Below are positions 1-12,433 of a stretch of DNA of 64,000 bases, piece after piece (positions within the stretch are counted from its first letter, which is position 1; each line of letters opens with the position of its first letter). The notes under the pieces are model-generated. The model had not been told where the DNA came from. It ran no database searches and saw only the letters and a list, made by a program, of their open reading frames with translations. A program made the translations under genes and the position numbers. The stretch comes from Callorhinchus milii (Eukaryota). The stretch spans positions 96,908,001 through 96,972,000 of the forward strand of contig NW_024704743.1 in the NCBI RefSeq assembly GCF_018977255.1, in the 5' to 3' direction.

Positions 1-98
1 CTTCACATGGTTACCCAAAGTACCATTTACTCATGTTTTGGGTGCAGACTCATTTGTGGTATAAACCAGGAATGATTTCAAAATGAAGACAAGGATCT

Positions 99-640
99 TC
101 AACTTAATCCTCTCAGGATGGGGAGCCAGTGTAGCCATGCAAGGATGGGGGTGATAGGCTCACTGAGCCTGGTGCAAGCGAAGACACAAGCTCTACAGCG
201 TGTGGAGGGAAGATTTGGGATGTCTAGTGAGTAGAGAGTTGGAATAATCAAGCCTGAACATGATAAAAGCATGGATAAGGGTCTCAGTGGTCCAAGGGGA
301 GAGAAAGTGCAGAGGCAGACAATGTTCCGGAGGTGGGGGAAAACTGAACAGGTCAAGGCACCGATGTGGGATTGAAAAGACAATTGAGAGTTGAACAAGA
401 CCTGAGATTACACACTTGCTGTGTGAGGTGGAGTGTGCATCCATGTAAATTGATGCTGTTAGTGTCTGAGGTGAGAAGCCCTTGATGGGGCCAAGCAGGA
501 GAGCCTCCTCTTGTCAACATTCAACTGGAGGAAAAAGTTAGCTCTCATCCAGGACTTGACGTTCGATAGGCAATGAGTCAAAACAGCAGGGGTCCTGGAG
601 TCAAGGGTGGAGACAAAGAGATGGACTAAGTGTCATCCAC
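99..640 (-). mobile_element. L2 LINE ORF2 fragment (degenerate)
   Basis: Minus-strand translations ETLIHAFIMFRLDYSNSLL and ITPILAWLHWLPI are typical of the L2 ORF2 C-terminal region. Confidence 0.8.
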
Positions 641-1519
641 ATACATGTGGAAGTTAATCCCATTTTTCAAATGACATGGAACATGTAGAAATTAAAGAGA
701 ATAGGGAAGATTATTAGAGATTTATTAAAGCTTAAACAAGTTCTCACTTGTTTTTTGCTTTGAAATGTAGTGAACTTGAATGTCGGCACAAAGTTGTCTA
801 TTTTTATGTCTGCCGGTGTCTCTCATCACCAGTCCTCTTTTTCTATGTTATAATTGAACTTCACATTAAAATGCAAAGTGATATCTTATGGATGGATTAA
901 ACTATTAGAACAACAACACCAAATTGCATTTATAAGTGTCTTTAAAGACCTAGAGTACCACACGGTACCCAGTGTGACACCAACTTTACTCAGTGAGTGG
1001 GACTAGTCAGGAGTTTGTTGATTGTTGGCCCCTCGAGCCTCCCCACCCCATCTGCACTGATTTATGTTTTATTTATAAAATGTATAAGTAAATTTTGCAT
1101 TAATTATTTTTTTAAAAAGTAAAACAAATGGGAATTGAGGGCATATTAACTGTATATTGAAACAGGTTACAGAAATATATGCAAATCTGTTCTCTGAGGT
1201 TGGTGGGTCAAGAAAGGCTGGTGAAGGGTTTACTTTCAATTTATTTTCGTTAATTTTCCAAGGGTTTCAGGCTAGCACTTATTTGGTCTCTGCATGGTGC
1301 TTGCTTGTACAGGGACAGCAAAGCATTTATAGCAGAGAATTTAATTTCAATTTGTTTTCATTGCTTCAGCAACTTTTAAAAAATGCCAAGTTAAATGAGT
1401 CATGTTTGAGTTCTCCTGATTGCTCAGTGAGCTTATCCTTTGATTAGCTGAGCCATAAAGCTTAGCCTCAATGGACTGAGTGACTTCATCCTATGCTGTA
1501 ATTTCTATGATTCGATGAT

Positions 1520-1870
1520 GAAGCCTGAGAAGGGTCCAGCATTGATGACTAAACTATGTTAGCTGATTCCAGTCAGGGAAACAGGACTGAAGCCAAAACC
1601 GGTATTAGTCTCCTGGGTTAGGAAGGAGAAAACCATTCAGAGTAGCTGTTTCTGATTGCAATTCAATGGCCCTGCAAGAAGGTCGATGTCGAATGAGGAC
1701 AGGATTAGGTTTGACTGCAATGTCCTCAGCAGTCACAAAGCCGACAATCAGTATAAAGCCTCACACGTGAATAGCACTCATTTGCTTATGGTACTCAAGG
1801 GAGGATGGTGTCCATGGAACTGTATAACTGGTGTAAGGGTGGAAACTGGCCCAAACACCTCTTGAAAGTA
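1520..1870 (+). mobile_element. Ancient SINE-like relic (AmnSINE2-like)
   Basis: Degenerate motifs gttagctgatt..cctgggttaggaaggagaaaa..tgaggacaggattagg..ccatggaactgta recalled from that family; not verified. Confidence 0.4.
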
Positions 1871-2310
1871 GGAAAAAGGCACAAAGTTGGCAAGGACAAA
1901 TCCTTATAAAGTTAACTTTCATATATTAAAGAATGAAACACTTTTACTCTATTTAATTGCTTTTGTCAGTCATTTAACTTTGGTTCTCAGTGTCTGTACC
2001 ACTACCAAATGTTAAACAGTATTTGTTTCATATAGGGGAATGGTACTTCAACACGTGAATGTAATTTTAAATGAATTTTTTTAAATACAAAGTTTATTCA
2101 CTTTAAAGAAATAACGCAATATGATGAAGCCTGAGAAGGGTCCAGCATTGATGACTAAACTATGTTAGCTGATTCCAGTCAGGGAAACAGGACTGAAGCC
2201 AAAACTGGTAAAACAAAATAAACATTAGAATAATTCACACAAACTCCACCTAAAGAGTCCCACACAGAAGAGAAGTGGAGACATACAAAGAGAAGTGGAA
2301 ACATGCAATA

Positions 2311-2661
2311 AATAATAAAAATAATAATCCTTGCATTTGATACAGCGCCTTATCACGTCTTTGAGATGTCTCAAAGCGCTTCTCAGAATATACTGTAAAG
2401 ACTATATACTTTGTGGGCAAAACGCAGCAGCTAATTCTGCACAGCAGTGTCCCACAAACAGTTGTGGGTTGAGTGACTAAATTATCATTATTTTTTTTGA
2501 AGAGATTATTACCCCCGGAAAAGCGATCTGCGAATTGACTAACAATCGGTTCCTACATACTTCTAGGTAAACAGAGGCGTGAGGAGTAAGGAAACTTGCC
2601 CAACATTTAGTCCTGCCTCATTTGCGAGGTGAGTGCTCGAACCACTACACTACAGGACTCC
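2311..2661 (-). mobile_element. Older, longer subfamily of the same SINE
   Basis: Same head and tail, more diverged, with an extra 63-bp internal segment (2512-2574). Confidence 0.8.
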
Positions 2662-3454
2662 ACATATTATTAAAGATAACTAATAAATCCCATTTCTTGA
2701 GGGAGAAAAAAAACCCTATTTCAACCCCTATATCAAATGGAGTATTCTGTTTAAAAAACTTGACTCTGGGTAGTAGTTGGGCTTACTCCTTTCAAAATAT
2801 AGGTAATCTTTCCACTAGCAATCCAGAAGACGCTTGAATGCTTGGCACAGCAAACTAATTTTGTGGGCTGTGTGCCCAAATCAATAACTGGATCCATTAT
2901 TCAACCAATTTCCTTTCAACTTCATAATATTAAACTATTGCCTAACCTCATTCCACATGAGGATATCATATTTTTAAAATTATTAAATATACTGTATTAT
3001 TTTAATAGGGTTAGGGTCATGCATGCTCAACTCTGATGGGCTAAATGCTTATTCCAGGCCCTAACTTGCATCTCCACTGCGTCTTTCCATGTGCTTGGAT
3101 ATTAAGTGCGTAGTCAGCAAAAGAACCAATGTCTTCAGTTAACATAACTTAGTTATAATCTTTTAATTTGATAGACCACTTTATGTCACAACTCAAAGTA
3201 CCTCACTAGATGTATTGTAAAGTTGAGACTGTGTATTTGTAGATGAATGCAGCAGCTAATTTGAACACAACAATGTCCCATCACCAGTCATGAAATGATT
3301 CATCAATTTTGTATAGGAATTGTTGGTCAGGACACCAGGAGAAATTTTCTCTTTTTTAAATAATGCTATGCGATATTTACCATTCATCTGAACAGGCAGA
3401 CCTGAGTTAATCCTTCCTCTACAGATAGAGTTATCTATCCCAGTTATCCTTCCT

Positions 3455-4093
3455 CCCCCACATCCGGTCCCTGACCAGGACCACTTTCCTCCACCTCCTT
3501 CACATTTCCCGTCTCCGACAATACCTCACTCCACAAGCTGCCGAAACCCTTGTCCACACCTTCATCACCTCTTGGCTGGAACCGGTCTCCCCTCCTTCAC
3601 TATTCAAAAAATTCAACTCATCCAAAACTCCGTCAACCACATTCTCATCCCCTCTGAACTCTGATTACCCCAGTTCTTACCAAACTCCATTGGCTCCCTG
3701 TCAGAGCGGATTGATTTCAAGATCCTCACTCTAGTGTTTAAATCCTTCCATGCCTTGGCACCCCCCCATCTCTCCAACCTCCTCTTCCCTCACAGCACTA
3801 CCTACTGCATCCGCTCTACTGACTCCTGCCTCCTCTTTATCCCTCGAATCCTCCACTCCGCCATCAGCGGCCGTGCCTTCAGCCACTATGTCCCAAAGCT
3901 ATGGAACTCCCTTCCTCAATCCCTTCGCCTTGTTCCTCCTTCCTCATTTTCATGGTGTGCCTGAAGACCTTCCTCTTTGACAGTGCCTACGGTTACCTTT
4001 CCCTCTCCCTGGCTCGGCATTGGGCTCCACCATTGTTAAGCACTCTGGGATACCGCCCGGTGTGGAGGCCGCTATAAATGCAAGTTGTTGTTG
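3455..4093 (+). mobile_element. L2 LINE 3' portion nested in a Deu-type SINE
   Basis: FKSFHALAPPHLSNLL...GRAFSHYVPKLWNSLP; terminal stem-loop and (TTG)n tail; SINE sequence resumes at 4094. Confidence 0.85.
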
Positions 4094-7000
4094 TTTAACA
4101 TCTCATCCAAAGGACTGCACCTCTATCAATACATATACCCTGGCACTCCATTAGAATGTCAGCCTAGACTATGAGCTCAAAGTCCTGATATGGGGCTTGA
4201 ACACACAGTCGACAGACTCAGAGGTTTGAGTGCTACCTACTAAACCGGACTAACTTGGCACATTTAACAAGTATGCAAATATCTAGAACCTTTTTTTAAA
4301 ATAGCATTTTGTAGTTTTTAAATCAAGTGTTTACTTTCTAGTGTTATTTCTTTGGTCGAGAAATAGAGATATTGAACAACTCTACGCCAAAAGAACAATT
4401 TCGCACTGCGCTGCTTCTTTAATAGAAAGTATATCAGGGAACCAACCCACATTACAAGCTCTCTAGTTCGTTCAACAATCCAGCCCTTCATTAAAGGCTG
4501 CTATCCTAAATCATGTGGCATTCCTTCTTGTTAACGTAAATAATTGTGTACCTTTATTGAATCAAGAGTGTTTAACGTTCGTTATTTTCAAACTAAATAA
4601 TACAACTTGCATTTAACTAGCGCCTTTCACATTGAGTAATCTCTTGCAGTACTCTTTGGAGATAGTGCTGGACACCAAACCGAGGGGATGGGGTGATGAT
4701 AGGCACAGTTAAAGAGAATAGCTTTTGGACCATTTTGAAGACTTTTAGAGAAGGGGTGAGATGGTAAGGTGGTGGGTGGAGGCATAGTAGCTGAGGACTC
4801 AATTGTCTATGGTAGATGAAACGAGAGTGGGTGGATGGGAGGGAAGGGGAAATGGGGGGACACTTGTGTAGTATATTTACAAAGTAGCTTGCCAACCTTA
4901 ACACAGTGTTTATACCTCCATGAATCCTTCCAGAAAAAATCAAATGAGAATTCCCTTTTCATATGTTCGCTTTCGTTCAAAATATCTGAGAAACAAAGCC
5001 CAAAAAATACATTGCTGAATGCGATGGCCTTTTTGCCAGACCATATGAAGAATATTTGGCACTCACGGGCAGGTGGAGACTTTCCTTCAAATGTTTGGGA
5101 GCGAACGACTTTCATGCTAATGGTCACATTGTGATCCTAGTGGTTGTGTTTGGAAGTACTTTGAATGGCCCCAGCATCTCTTGGCTGATTAACATGTTGA
5201 TTCTGCAAACGTCTACTTTCCTGGTGGAACCAACTCCACTTCTTCTGATGTTGCACTCCTCATCTCACTGTTAGACCCCTGGTTAATGTTCCATTTCTCT
5301 TTCCCCAACTACTGCTTTGGCATTGCCTCAAACAATGACACTTCCCCAACAACCTAGGTTTGCTGCATTGTTTGGCCCTTTTCTCTTCCACACTTTCTCA
5401 TGTTAACTTCTGGAATCTTTTGCATTTAGAATTAAAGAGAATCTTTAGCTAAATGCAAAGAGGTATTGTTTCATTGGTGTAAAACAAATGTTAACTCATT
5501 GGGCCTTCGCCTTATGGGCATGACTTATTTTTTTTATACTGATGTAGAAATATTGGATACTAAAAGTTTTTAGAAAACAACCCAAAATCTGGTGTCATTT
5601 AAGAATAAAAATCTGCAAGGGAAACTGATAGGAAAATTTCTCAAACTGCTGCACTGAGCAGACCATGCCAACTCTTGCCTCTGTGCCAGAGGTCTGTATT
5701 TTCAAAGTACCTTGTCGGGAACTTTGAACTCATGGTCTGGGTTGATACTCCAGTATCATATTGGGGTAGTGCTGCACTGTTGGAGTCCACCAGATAGTTG
5801 ATGAGGGAACTCTGAGGCTTGGGGTGACAACTGCTGTAAGGCTTTGCATTGAATCTGAGTATGTGAACACATGTTTGTTTATCCAGTGACTGAAATTTGT
5901 CGAGATTGGCTTGCAATGAGGCAAGCAGCTGCTGCTTAAGCTCCGCACCTCCAATTGGTGGAACCATCACTCATTGGGAAGGGACTTATGTTCCTACAGA
6001 CAGGAAGATGGTGACAATGCAGTCATGCATTTCATGCTGAGCTGTGTTGCCCACCAGGAAGTTACTGGTACCTACCATCCACTTAGTGAGGACTTAAACC
6101 GGTGCGTGTCAGATGTCAAATGACCATTGTAAGTGTAAAATATTATAGTCTCCATTATCCTATATCACTACTGACTACCCTCCTTGGGTTGGAGATAAGT
6201 GGAGTCTCCTTGGAGCTGAACTGGCTCAAGGTAATATGCTTGGCAACAGAATGTTGGAATCGAGCTAACCCTCTGTGGCGGTTTCGGTATTCTGGTTCCA
6301 CAGTATTCCAGGGCACTGCTGATGACAAACCAGCAGCCTGGCTCTTCTGCAGGACTCGGAAGGACAGGTGAATCACTGGGAGAAGGAAGTCATCCCGCTC
6401 AGCTCCTGTTAACTTTGCAAACCAAAGCCCTAATGGGTAGAATGGTCCAAGCCGGACAAGCAACGGGAAAGCTTACCAGACATTGCTCTCAATAGTGGTT
6501 TTAGCTGTTAACCTCCAGCAGTACCAGATTGGACACTCTGGTGTCCCCGAGTCTTGGCTCTTGCCAAATACTTTCTGGAATTAAGGTAAGTAGGATGTGT
6601 CCCTCCTGGGAGAGAGTGCGCATACCTTTCCAACAATCTATCTCTGGGATTTCCATGGATAGGTGGGATGCATGGAATTCTCAGTTTGGTTTGGATACTC
6701 TGAAGTATGGTGATGGGTTTCTGCATGTGTCAGCCACACAGCTGACCAAAAAAAAATCCCACTGACCCTAAGAGTTTCTCCCAGTGTACTGGTTAACATT
6801 CCTCCGTATAAAATTAGCCATTCACCTCCTGGCTGTTTGTAGGACATTACGAATTGTGTGCAAATTGTGATGTTTGCTTAAAAGTTACACAAAATCATCA
6901 GTGTGTGTGTGTCAGACACCAGACTGACCTCAAAAGGGAATTACTGTAAAGTGCTTCTGAGATAACAATAATCCTGCATGTGAAATGACAGGATTATTAT

Positions 7001-7373
7001 TATTGTTATTATTATCAATGCCAGGGTTATTTTTGTTATTGTGGGGAGGGGGAGGAAGAAGCTCAGGACATGTCCCACTCCCCATCCCCATTCATTACAT
7101 CCACACGTGCAGTGCAGTTGAAGCCGCTGCTGCTGACACGCTGGACCAGGTTCCCTGCTCCCGATTGGCAGAGGGAGCCGTCAGTCACGGTGCGGGCCAC
7201 GTCTGATTGGCCCGCGCCGTCGCCAATCAAAGAGGGCCGGTCGCGATTGGTCAGGGCCGTCGTCAATCAGGAGGAGGCGGGCGCTTGCCGGCCGGGCCGG
7301 GCCGGGCTGAGCTGAGCGCTGTGGCGGGACTTGCCGCAGTCCAGGGGGCGCCTCTCCAGTGCACCGCAGCGAT

Positions 7374-7750
7374 AGAGAGAGGGAGCGAGAGAGAGAGCGA
7401 GAGAGAGAGAGAGCGTGCGGAGTCCCTGCAAAACAATACAACCCAACACAGCACAGCACGATACACCGGGCAGCAAAACCCGGCGGAGTTGGTTTCCTTT
7501 CAAACTCTTCGTGATAGAGATATATATATATATAAAAAAAAGTGGCGTGAAAGGAGCAAAGAGTGCGCGGAGGAATCCTGAGTTGCAGCGGGATCTTGGC
7601 GCGAGGGAGAGAGAGAGAGAGAGAGAGAGAAGAACGCGGGGTCGGCGCCGGGCAACGTTCCACTCGCTCACTCGCTCGCACCGCGCGCTCCACACCTGCA
7701 GCAGAGACACAGCTCCCGGGGCTGCACGCGGCGGCGGCGGCGGCGGCGGC
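7374..7750. repeat. Microsatellites in the SDC2 leader: (GA)n ~7374-7413, (AT)n ~7520-7534, (GA)n ~7608-7631, (GCG)n 7728-7750
   Basis: Directly visible simple repeats; the GCG run nearly abuts the ATG. Confidence 0.9.
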
Positions 7751-7753
7751 GCG

Positions 7754-7813
7754 ATGAGGAGCCTCTGGATCGTCTTGACTCTCGGGCTGTGCTCGCTGGT
7801 CAGCGGGGAGCTG
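7754..7813 (+). CDS. SDC2: Syndecan-2 coding exon 1 (signal peptide MRSLWIVLTLGLCSLVSGEL)
   Basis: ATG at 7754 inside a CpG island; 20 codons followed by donor CTG|gtgagt (phase 0). Closely resembles the vertebrate SDC2 signal peptide (human MRRAWILLTLGLVACVSAES). Confidence 0.95.
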
Positions 7814-9892
7814 GTGAGTGTCCGTGACCCGGGCAAGGTCTAACTGCTCTGGGGAGGGGGTCATATCCCCCCCCCCACTGTCCTCACCTGCCGGGGGTGG
7901 GGTGAGGGTAACGCTGGGAGGGAGGGAGCCCCAGTGGGAGCAAACGTTAGCGTCGGAGGATTGAGTTTGCGCTCTGTGTAGATAGAGCTCAGCGAAGGCT
8001 GTCAAGTGAACGCTGCGGGTTTAAAGAGAACAAAAGTGCCGACGCGTATCATATCAAGTCAGGCGTCAGATATAGTGTGTAGGTGTGTGTTGTATTTATT
8101 TATATATATCTATAAAGGTGGGTTTATATAAAGCAAACTCTGAACTCAAGCCCAAGTGGCTCAGGGCAATGTCTTCATACAGTGTATTGTATTGTATTTC
8201 TCTCTGCTCTGCTCTGCTCCCTGGTTTGTTCCCTCCCCCCTCCCCCCTCACACACACACACACACACACCTTCTCCAGACACCGTGAGGGAAGTTATGAG
8301 GAAGTTTTTTTTTATTGTGTGGCATTTGCGATTGTGGGAAGGTCCCACTGAACTGGAACCAAACGCACATAAACTGAGCGCTGATCGGATACATCAAAGC
8401 GCAGCCCTGAGAAATGCGGTTTACATATGCGGGAATGCTGCCTCCGCTATAATCCCTCCACAAAACCGAGAGAGGGGGAAGGAGGGAGGGAGGGAGGGAG
8501 GGAGAGGTGGGGGTGGGTTCGCCCGCGGCTGTGGAAACGACATTGCAGTAAATCCGATCCTCTTGTCCCTGTCTCCCTTTGAAAGGATCGAGACACTGAA
8601 ACATGTTTGTCCGAGGAGCCATATGTTAATCTCCGGACTCAGCAGAGATTTAAGGGGAAAAAAAGACTGGTTCTGCGGAAATTTGCGTGTGCGAGTGGCT
8701 TTGCATTTGTTTTAAACCACGTCCCTCCTTTAGATGGCGTCTGTGAGACTTTCAGAATCAAATCGTGGGAATCGTGCTTTATATTTGAAATATAGCTCTG
8801 CTTTTCTTTTCTTCCTGTTTGTAATGTGCTGCCAATATGTTCACCGTTGAGTCGTCGCTTCTTTCATCACTGGTTCTCTGCATTGTGCAGGAGATCAAAC
8901 AGTCTTTGCTGTTTACGTGTTGGGGGTTTTTTATTACAGTAATTAAAAAGTGATCCGGAGGAAGGAAAAACACACGAACGGTTTTTTTTTCTTGCATGAA
9001 TTAACTGCTGAAATGATTCAGCTGACTGGAATAAATACATGGAATATTTGTTTGCAAAAGTGTTTTTGTTCTTGAAGGGTCAGTGTCCCAAAGATAATTG
9101 GTCTTGCAATCGCTTTCGTTGCTTGTGCAAACAGCATAAAGTTGTTTGGTCTCTTCCAGCCTTTTTTGAAATAATTTTTTTTAAAAAAAACTTCAGTGTT
9201 GGAACTCCAAAATGTAGTTTGCTGCGTAGGTTGTTCCAGGAAATGAGCTCACCTTTTCCCCCAAAGTAGCATCAATGCAGCTTTAACAGAAATGTGCTTA
9301 CTTAAGTGGAATTATTTGTGCTATATAAACTTTACGTTGTTTTTGAAGCGCTCTGAGACGCGGTTCGGCGTGGAGGGCACTGTATAAATCCAAGTTGTTG
9401 TTTTCAAATCAGTAAACAGAAAATGGTTGAGGAGCACTTTTGAATAAGCACAATATGTTCTGTTATCGTTTCCTTATTGATTCAGTTTTACAACTGATGT
9501 GAACACACAGTATTGTGCTCTTGTCTGGAAGTTGCTCTCTATAACTGTCCTCACCCAGTCATTTCTTTAATTTGAGAACTAGGTGGGACAGGTTTTACAC
9601 CACTTGCTGCAAACTCAATACAAATTTATTGAATTTACCAAGGAAGAAGAGCGCAGTGTATAAATAAAATATGTTTGGTTTGGGGGAAGGGGTGGGGGTG
9701 TCTTTGAATGCATGGCGTTGCTTGTGAGAGTAACTTCCTTGTCGAACTTGCAAAAATATTTTTATTTACCTTTTCCTTAACAGGAAATTTACTTGGCTGG
9801 CCTGACAAAGAGTAATTTGAAGCAGATGTTTTTCTAGGAAATTTTAAAATGTAAAACCTTATTAAATGTTATTTGCTTCTATTTGGTACATT

Positions 9893-10219
9893 TATAATAA
9901 TAATAATAATAATCCTTGCATTTGATATAGCGCTTTTCACGTCGGGAGGATGTCCCAGAGCGCTTCACAGAACACACTGTAAAGTGAATTGACTGTATAT
10001 TTGTGGGTGAACGCGGCAGCCAATTGCGCACAGCAATGTCCCACAAACAGTCGTAGATTGAAAATGACCAATTTATTATTGTTTTTGGTTTTGGAGGGAT
10101 TATTATTAGGCTCTGTGTGGAGTAAGGAAACTTGCCCAAGGTTTCGCCCTCTGCCTGGAATTGAGCTCAGGTCTCTCGCTTGCAAAGTGAGTGCTCTAAC
10201 CACTGAGCTACAGGACTCC
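9893..10219 (-). mobile_element. Young tRNA-derived SINE (tRNA-Ala-like head, Deu-like core, L2-type tail, (ATT)n end)
   Basis: Minus strand starts GGAGTCCTGTAGCTCAGTGGTTAGAGC (A box) with TTTGCAA loop and a B-box-like motif. Core CTGTTTGTGGGACATTGCTGTGCGCAATTGGCTGCCGCG resembles the Deu domain. Near-identical to the copies at 23899 and 62643. Confidence 0.9.
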
Positions 10220-11077
10220 ACTGATGAAATGGTGCAAAAAAGTATTTTTCATTTGACTTTTAAATACTGTATTTTACAACCTTCCGAGTGGCTTTCTAAT
10301 AGTGGCCATTTGTGATCTCTGACTTAGTTGCCAAACATAACTGATTGCTCAAAATAATGTTTTATAAAAAATATTTTGCTGGGACATTAAAAATGAGATT
10401 GTCATAACATTTAGTTGAGGGATAAGGGACGCATGGAGACTGGACAATATAGACTTGGAGGGTTCCAGGCTCAGAACAATATAAGATGGGAATACTGCTG
10501 GCTTTTAATAACTGGAATTTGACATTTTTAACCTTAAAAGTTTGTTTTGCACCAGCTGCAGATGGACTGCTTTTGTACCACATCATGTGCAAAGGTCAAG
10601 TGGTATTTGACTATCTCCTTGAGGTAGTCCTGCACTTGTATGAATCTGGTACCAGGGCTCTTGAAATTGAAGTACTACAGTTTGTATTGATTCAACATAC
10701 TGATCGCATTTGACATACAAGTCCCAATGATTATACTAACTTGGCCAATTAATTACTGTGGGAGTCTTTCATAATTGAGTTGAAGCATTTTGATTTCTAG
10801 CACATTTTATAGACTATTGTACAGAGTAAAAAAAGCTGCCAAGAGATAATAAGAAAATCTTCACCCTACCTTAGTGAAGATGATTACATAGAATTATTTG
10901 GATCTACAAAAATTTACATTATTCAGATGAAATAAGTTTGAGGTTCTATAACAGTATGTTTGTACATCTGCTAGAGAGCACCTGATGAGTATATTCTATT
11001 GCTAAGGGATTATTCTCTATTGTGTAAGTGGCTTTATGCAACCTATTAACTATGGCTTGCATTTCTGAATCTTACTC

Positions 11078-11603
11078 ACTCCCACCCTCGCTCGCCTCCA
11101 CTGGCTCCCCATCCCCCAGAGGATCGAATTCAAGATCCTCATCCTCACCTACAAGGCCATTCACGGCCTCGCTCCCTCCTACCTCTCTGACCTACAATCC
11201 CCCTACTTACCTGCTCGTACCGTCCGTTCCTCTGGCTCCGGTCTGCTCCACATCCCCCGCCCCAACCGCCCTACCATCGGTGGCCGGGCCTTCAGCCTCT
11301 CAGCCCCGAGGGTCTGGAACTCCATCCCCCAGTGCCTTCGCCGCCTCCTCCCTTTCCTCCTTCAAGGCCGGTCTCAAGACCTTTCTCTTTGACCGAGCCT
11401 TCAGCTCCCCTCTCGACTCTCTTCCCCCTCCTCGCTCCCTCCCTTCCCCCCTCACCCTGACCATTTCCCCCCTCCTCGCCCCTCCCTTCCCTCCCCTCAC
11501 CCTGACCATTTCCCCCCTGCTCGGGTCCTGACCCAACTGTACAGCGCCTTGGGACGTCCTCCGGACGTGAAAGGCGCTCTATAAATGGAATCTTGTTGTT
11601 GTT
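11078..11603 (+). mobile_element. Young L2 LINE 3' end
   Basis: Reads TPTLARLHWLPIPQRIEFKILILTYKAIHGLAPSYLSDL...GGRAFSLSAPRVWNSIP; CpG-rich; C-rich 3'UTR with an internal duplication; hairpin acgtcctccggacgt; (TTG)n tail. Confidence 0.92.
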
Positions 11604-11994
11604 AAATGATTACAACAAATTGTAATTATGTAGTGCCATTTTTGTTGGGAGGATGTCCAAAGGTGCTGAATAATAATAATTCTTGCATTTGATATAGCGC
11701 CTTATCACATCTTCGAGACGTCACAAAGTGCTGCATAGAATAAACTGTGAAGTGAATTGACTATAATTTTTGTGGGTAAAATGGCAGCAATGTCCCACAA
11801 GCAGCCATGAAGTGTATGACCAAACTCCCTTCTCCTTTCAAACAGTGCCATTGGATCTTTAATGTCCAACAACAACAAATGACACTTGTATAGTGCCTTT
11901 CACCGGAATAGGCAGACAGGACCTTGGTTTAGTATCTTATCCGAAGGATGGCACCTCCAGCAGTGTAACACTGCATTGGAGTGTTAGCCTAGAG

Positions 11995-12200
11995 CAGTGC
12001 GGTCCAACCTTTTGGCTCTTGAGGGCCGGATTTGAGAAACGTGGGCTGCTTAAGCAATATTTCCCTTCCAGAAACATAACCTGTAAGGATCGTACAGAAA
12101 TACTATCATTTAAATTGTGTAAGTGCATCATTTAATTTCACTATTTTAGTTACAATGCAAATTTTAAATAGGCAACATAAAAAATCGAACAACTTTTAAA
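11995..12200 (+). mobile_element. Probable hAT-Charlie non-autonomous element end inserted into a SINE
   Basis: CAGTGCGGTCCAACCTTTTGGCTC..GGGCC resembles Charlie/MER30-type ends and follows gcctagag (CTAGA target) exactly where the upstream SINE breaks off. Other end not found; right coordinate approximate. Confidence 0.5.
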
Positions 12201-12217
12201 ACCATACAGATACCATG

Positions 12218-12433
12218 CATCTCTCTCCTTCTGAGTGTTTCTCTCTCTCTCTCTCTCTCTCTCTTTCCGAGTGTTTCTCTCTCTCTCTTTCTCTCTCTCC
12301 CTTTCCGAGTGTTTCTCTCTTTCCGAATGTTTCTCTCTCTCTCTCTCTCTCTGTCTCTCTTTCCGAGTGTTTCTCTCGCTCTCTCTTTCCGAGTGTTTCT
12401 CTCTCTCTCGCCGAATGTTTCTCCATCTCTCTC
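12218..12433. repeat. Compound (CT)n microsatellite with a recurring TTCCGAGTGTTTC spacer
   Basis: About seven variable-length units of ttccgagtgttt(ct)n, directly visible. Confidence 0.9.

Larger units (their letters stand above)
7100..8050 (+). promoter_or_regulatory. SDC2: CpG island promoter and 5' leader of SDC2
   Basis: Sharp rise in GC and CpG density around exon 1; CCAAT/ATTGG boxes at 7164, 7206, 7223 and 7246; CACGTG at 7104-7109; no ATG seen between about 7330 and the start codon. TSS not determinable. Confidence 0.85.

Noticed and set aside
1515..1590. C/D-box snoRNA-like motif order (ATGATGA, CTGA, TTGATGA, CTGA) in the duplicated 90-mer
   Set aside because: The first CTGA is only 3 nt after the C box, no terminal stem was seen, it is not in a recognised host intron, and it overlaps a SINE-like relic.
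5100..6850. Possible Gypsy integrase relic on the minus strand (LGPFKVL near 5170; FFWSAVW..HHHTSEYP near 6720)
   Set aside because: The motifs are weak and too far apart, with no LTRs or continuous frame; an HMM search would be needed.
7181..8005. Long overlapping ORFs (274, 189 and 142 aa) across the promoter
   Set aside because: Products of GC-rich, stop-poor DNA and microsatellites (SLSLSL, ERERER, AAAA); only 7754-7813 is supported as coding.
10150..10219. tRNA-Ala-like sequences (also ~24150-24220 and ~62890-62958)
   Set aside because: These are SINE heads: no proper acceptor stem, and they run directly into the SINE body.
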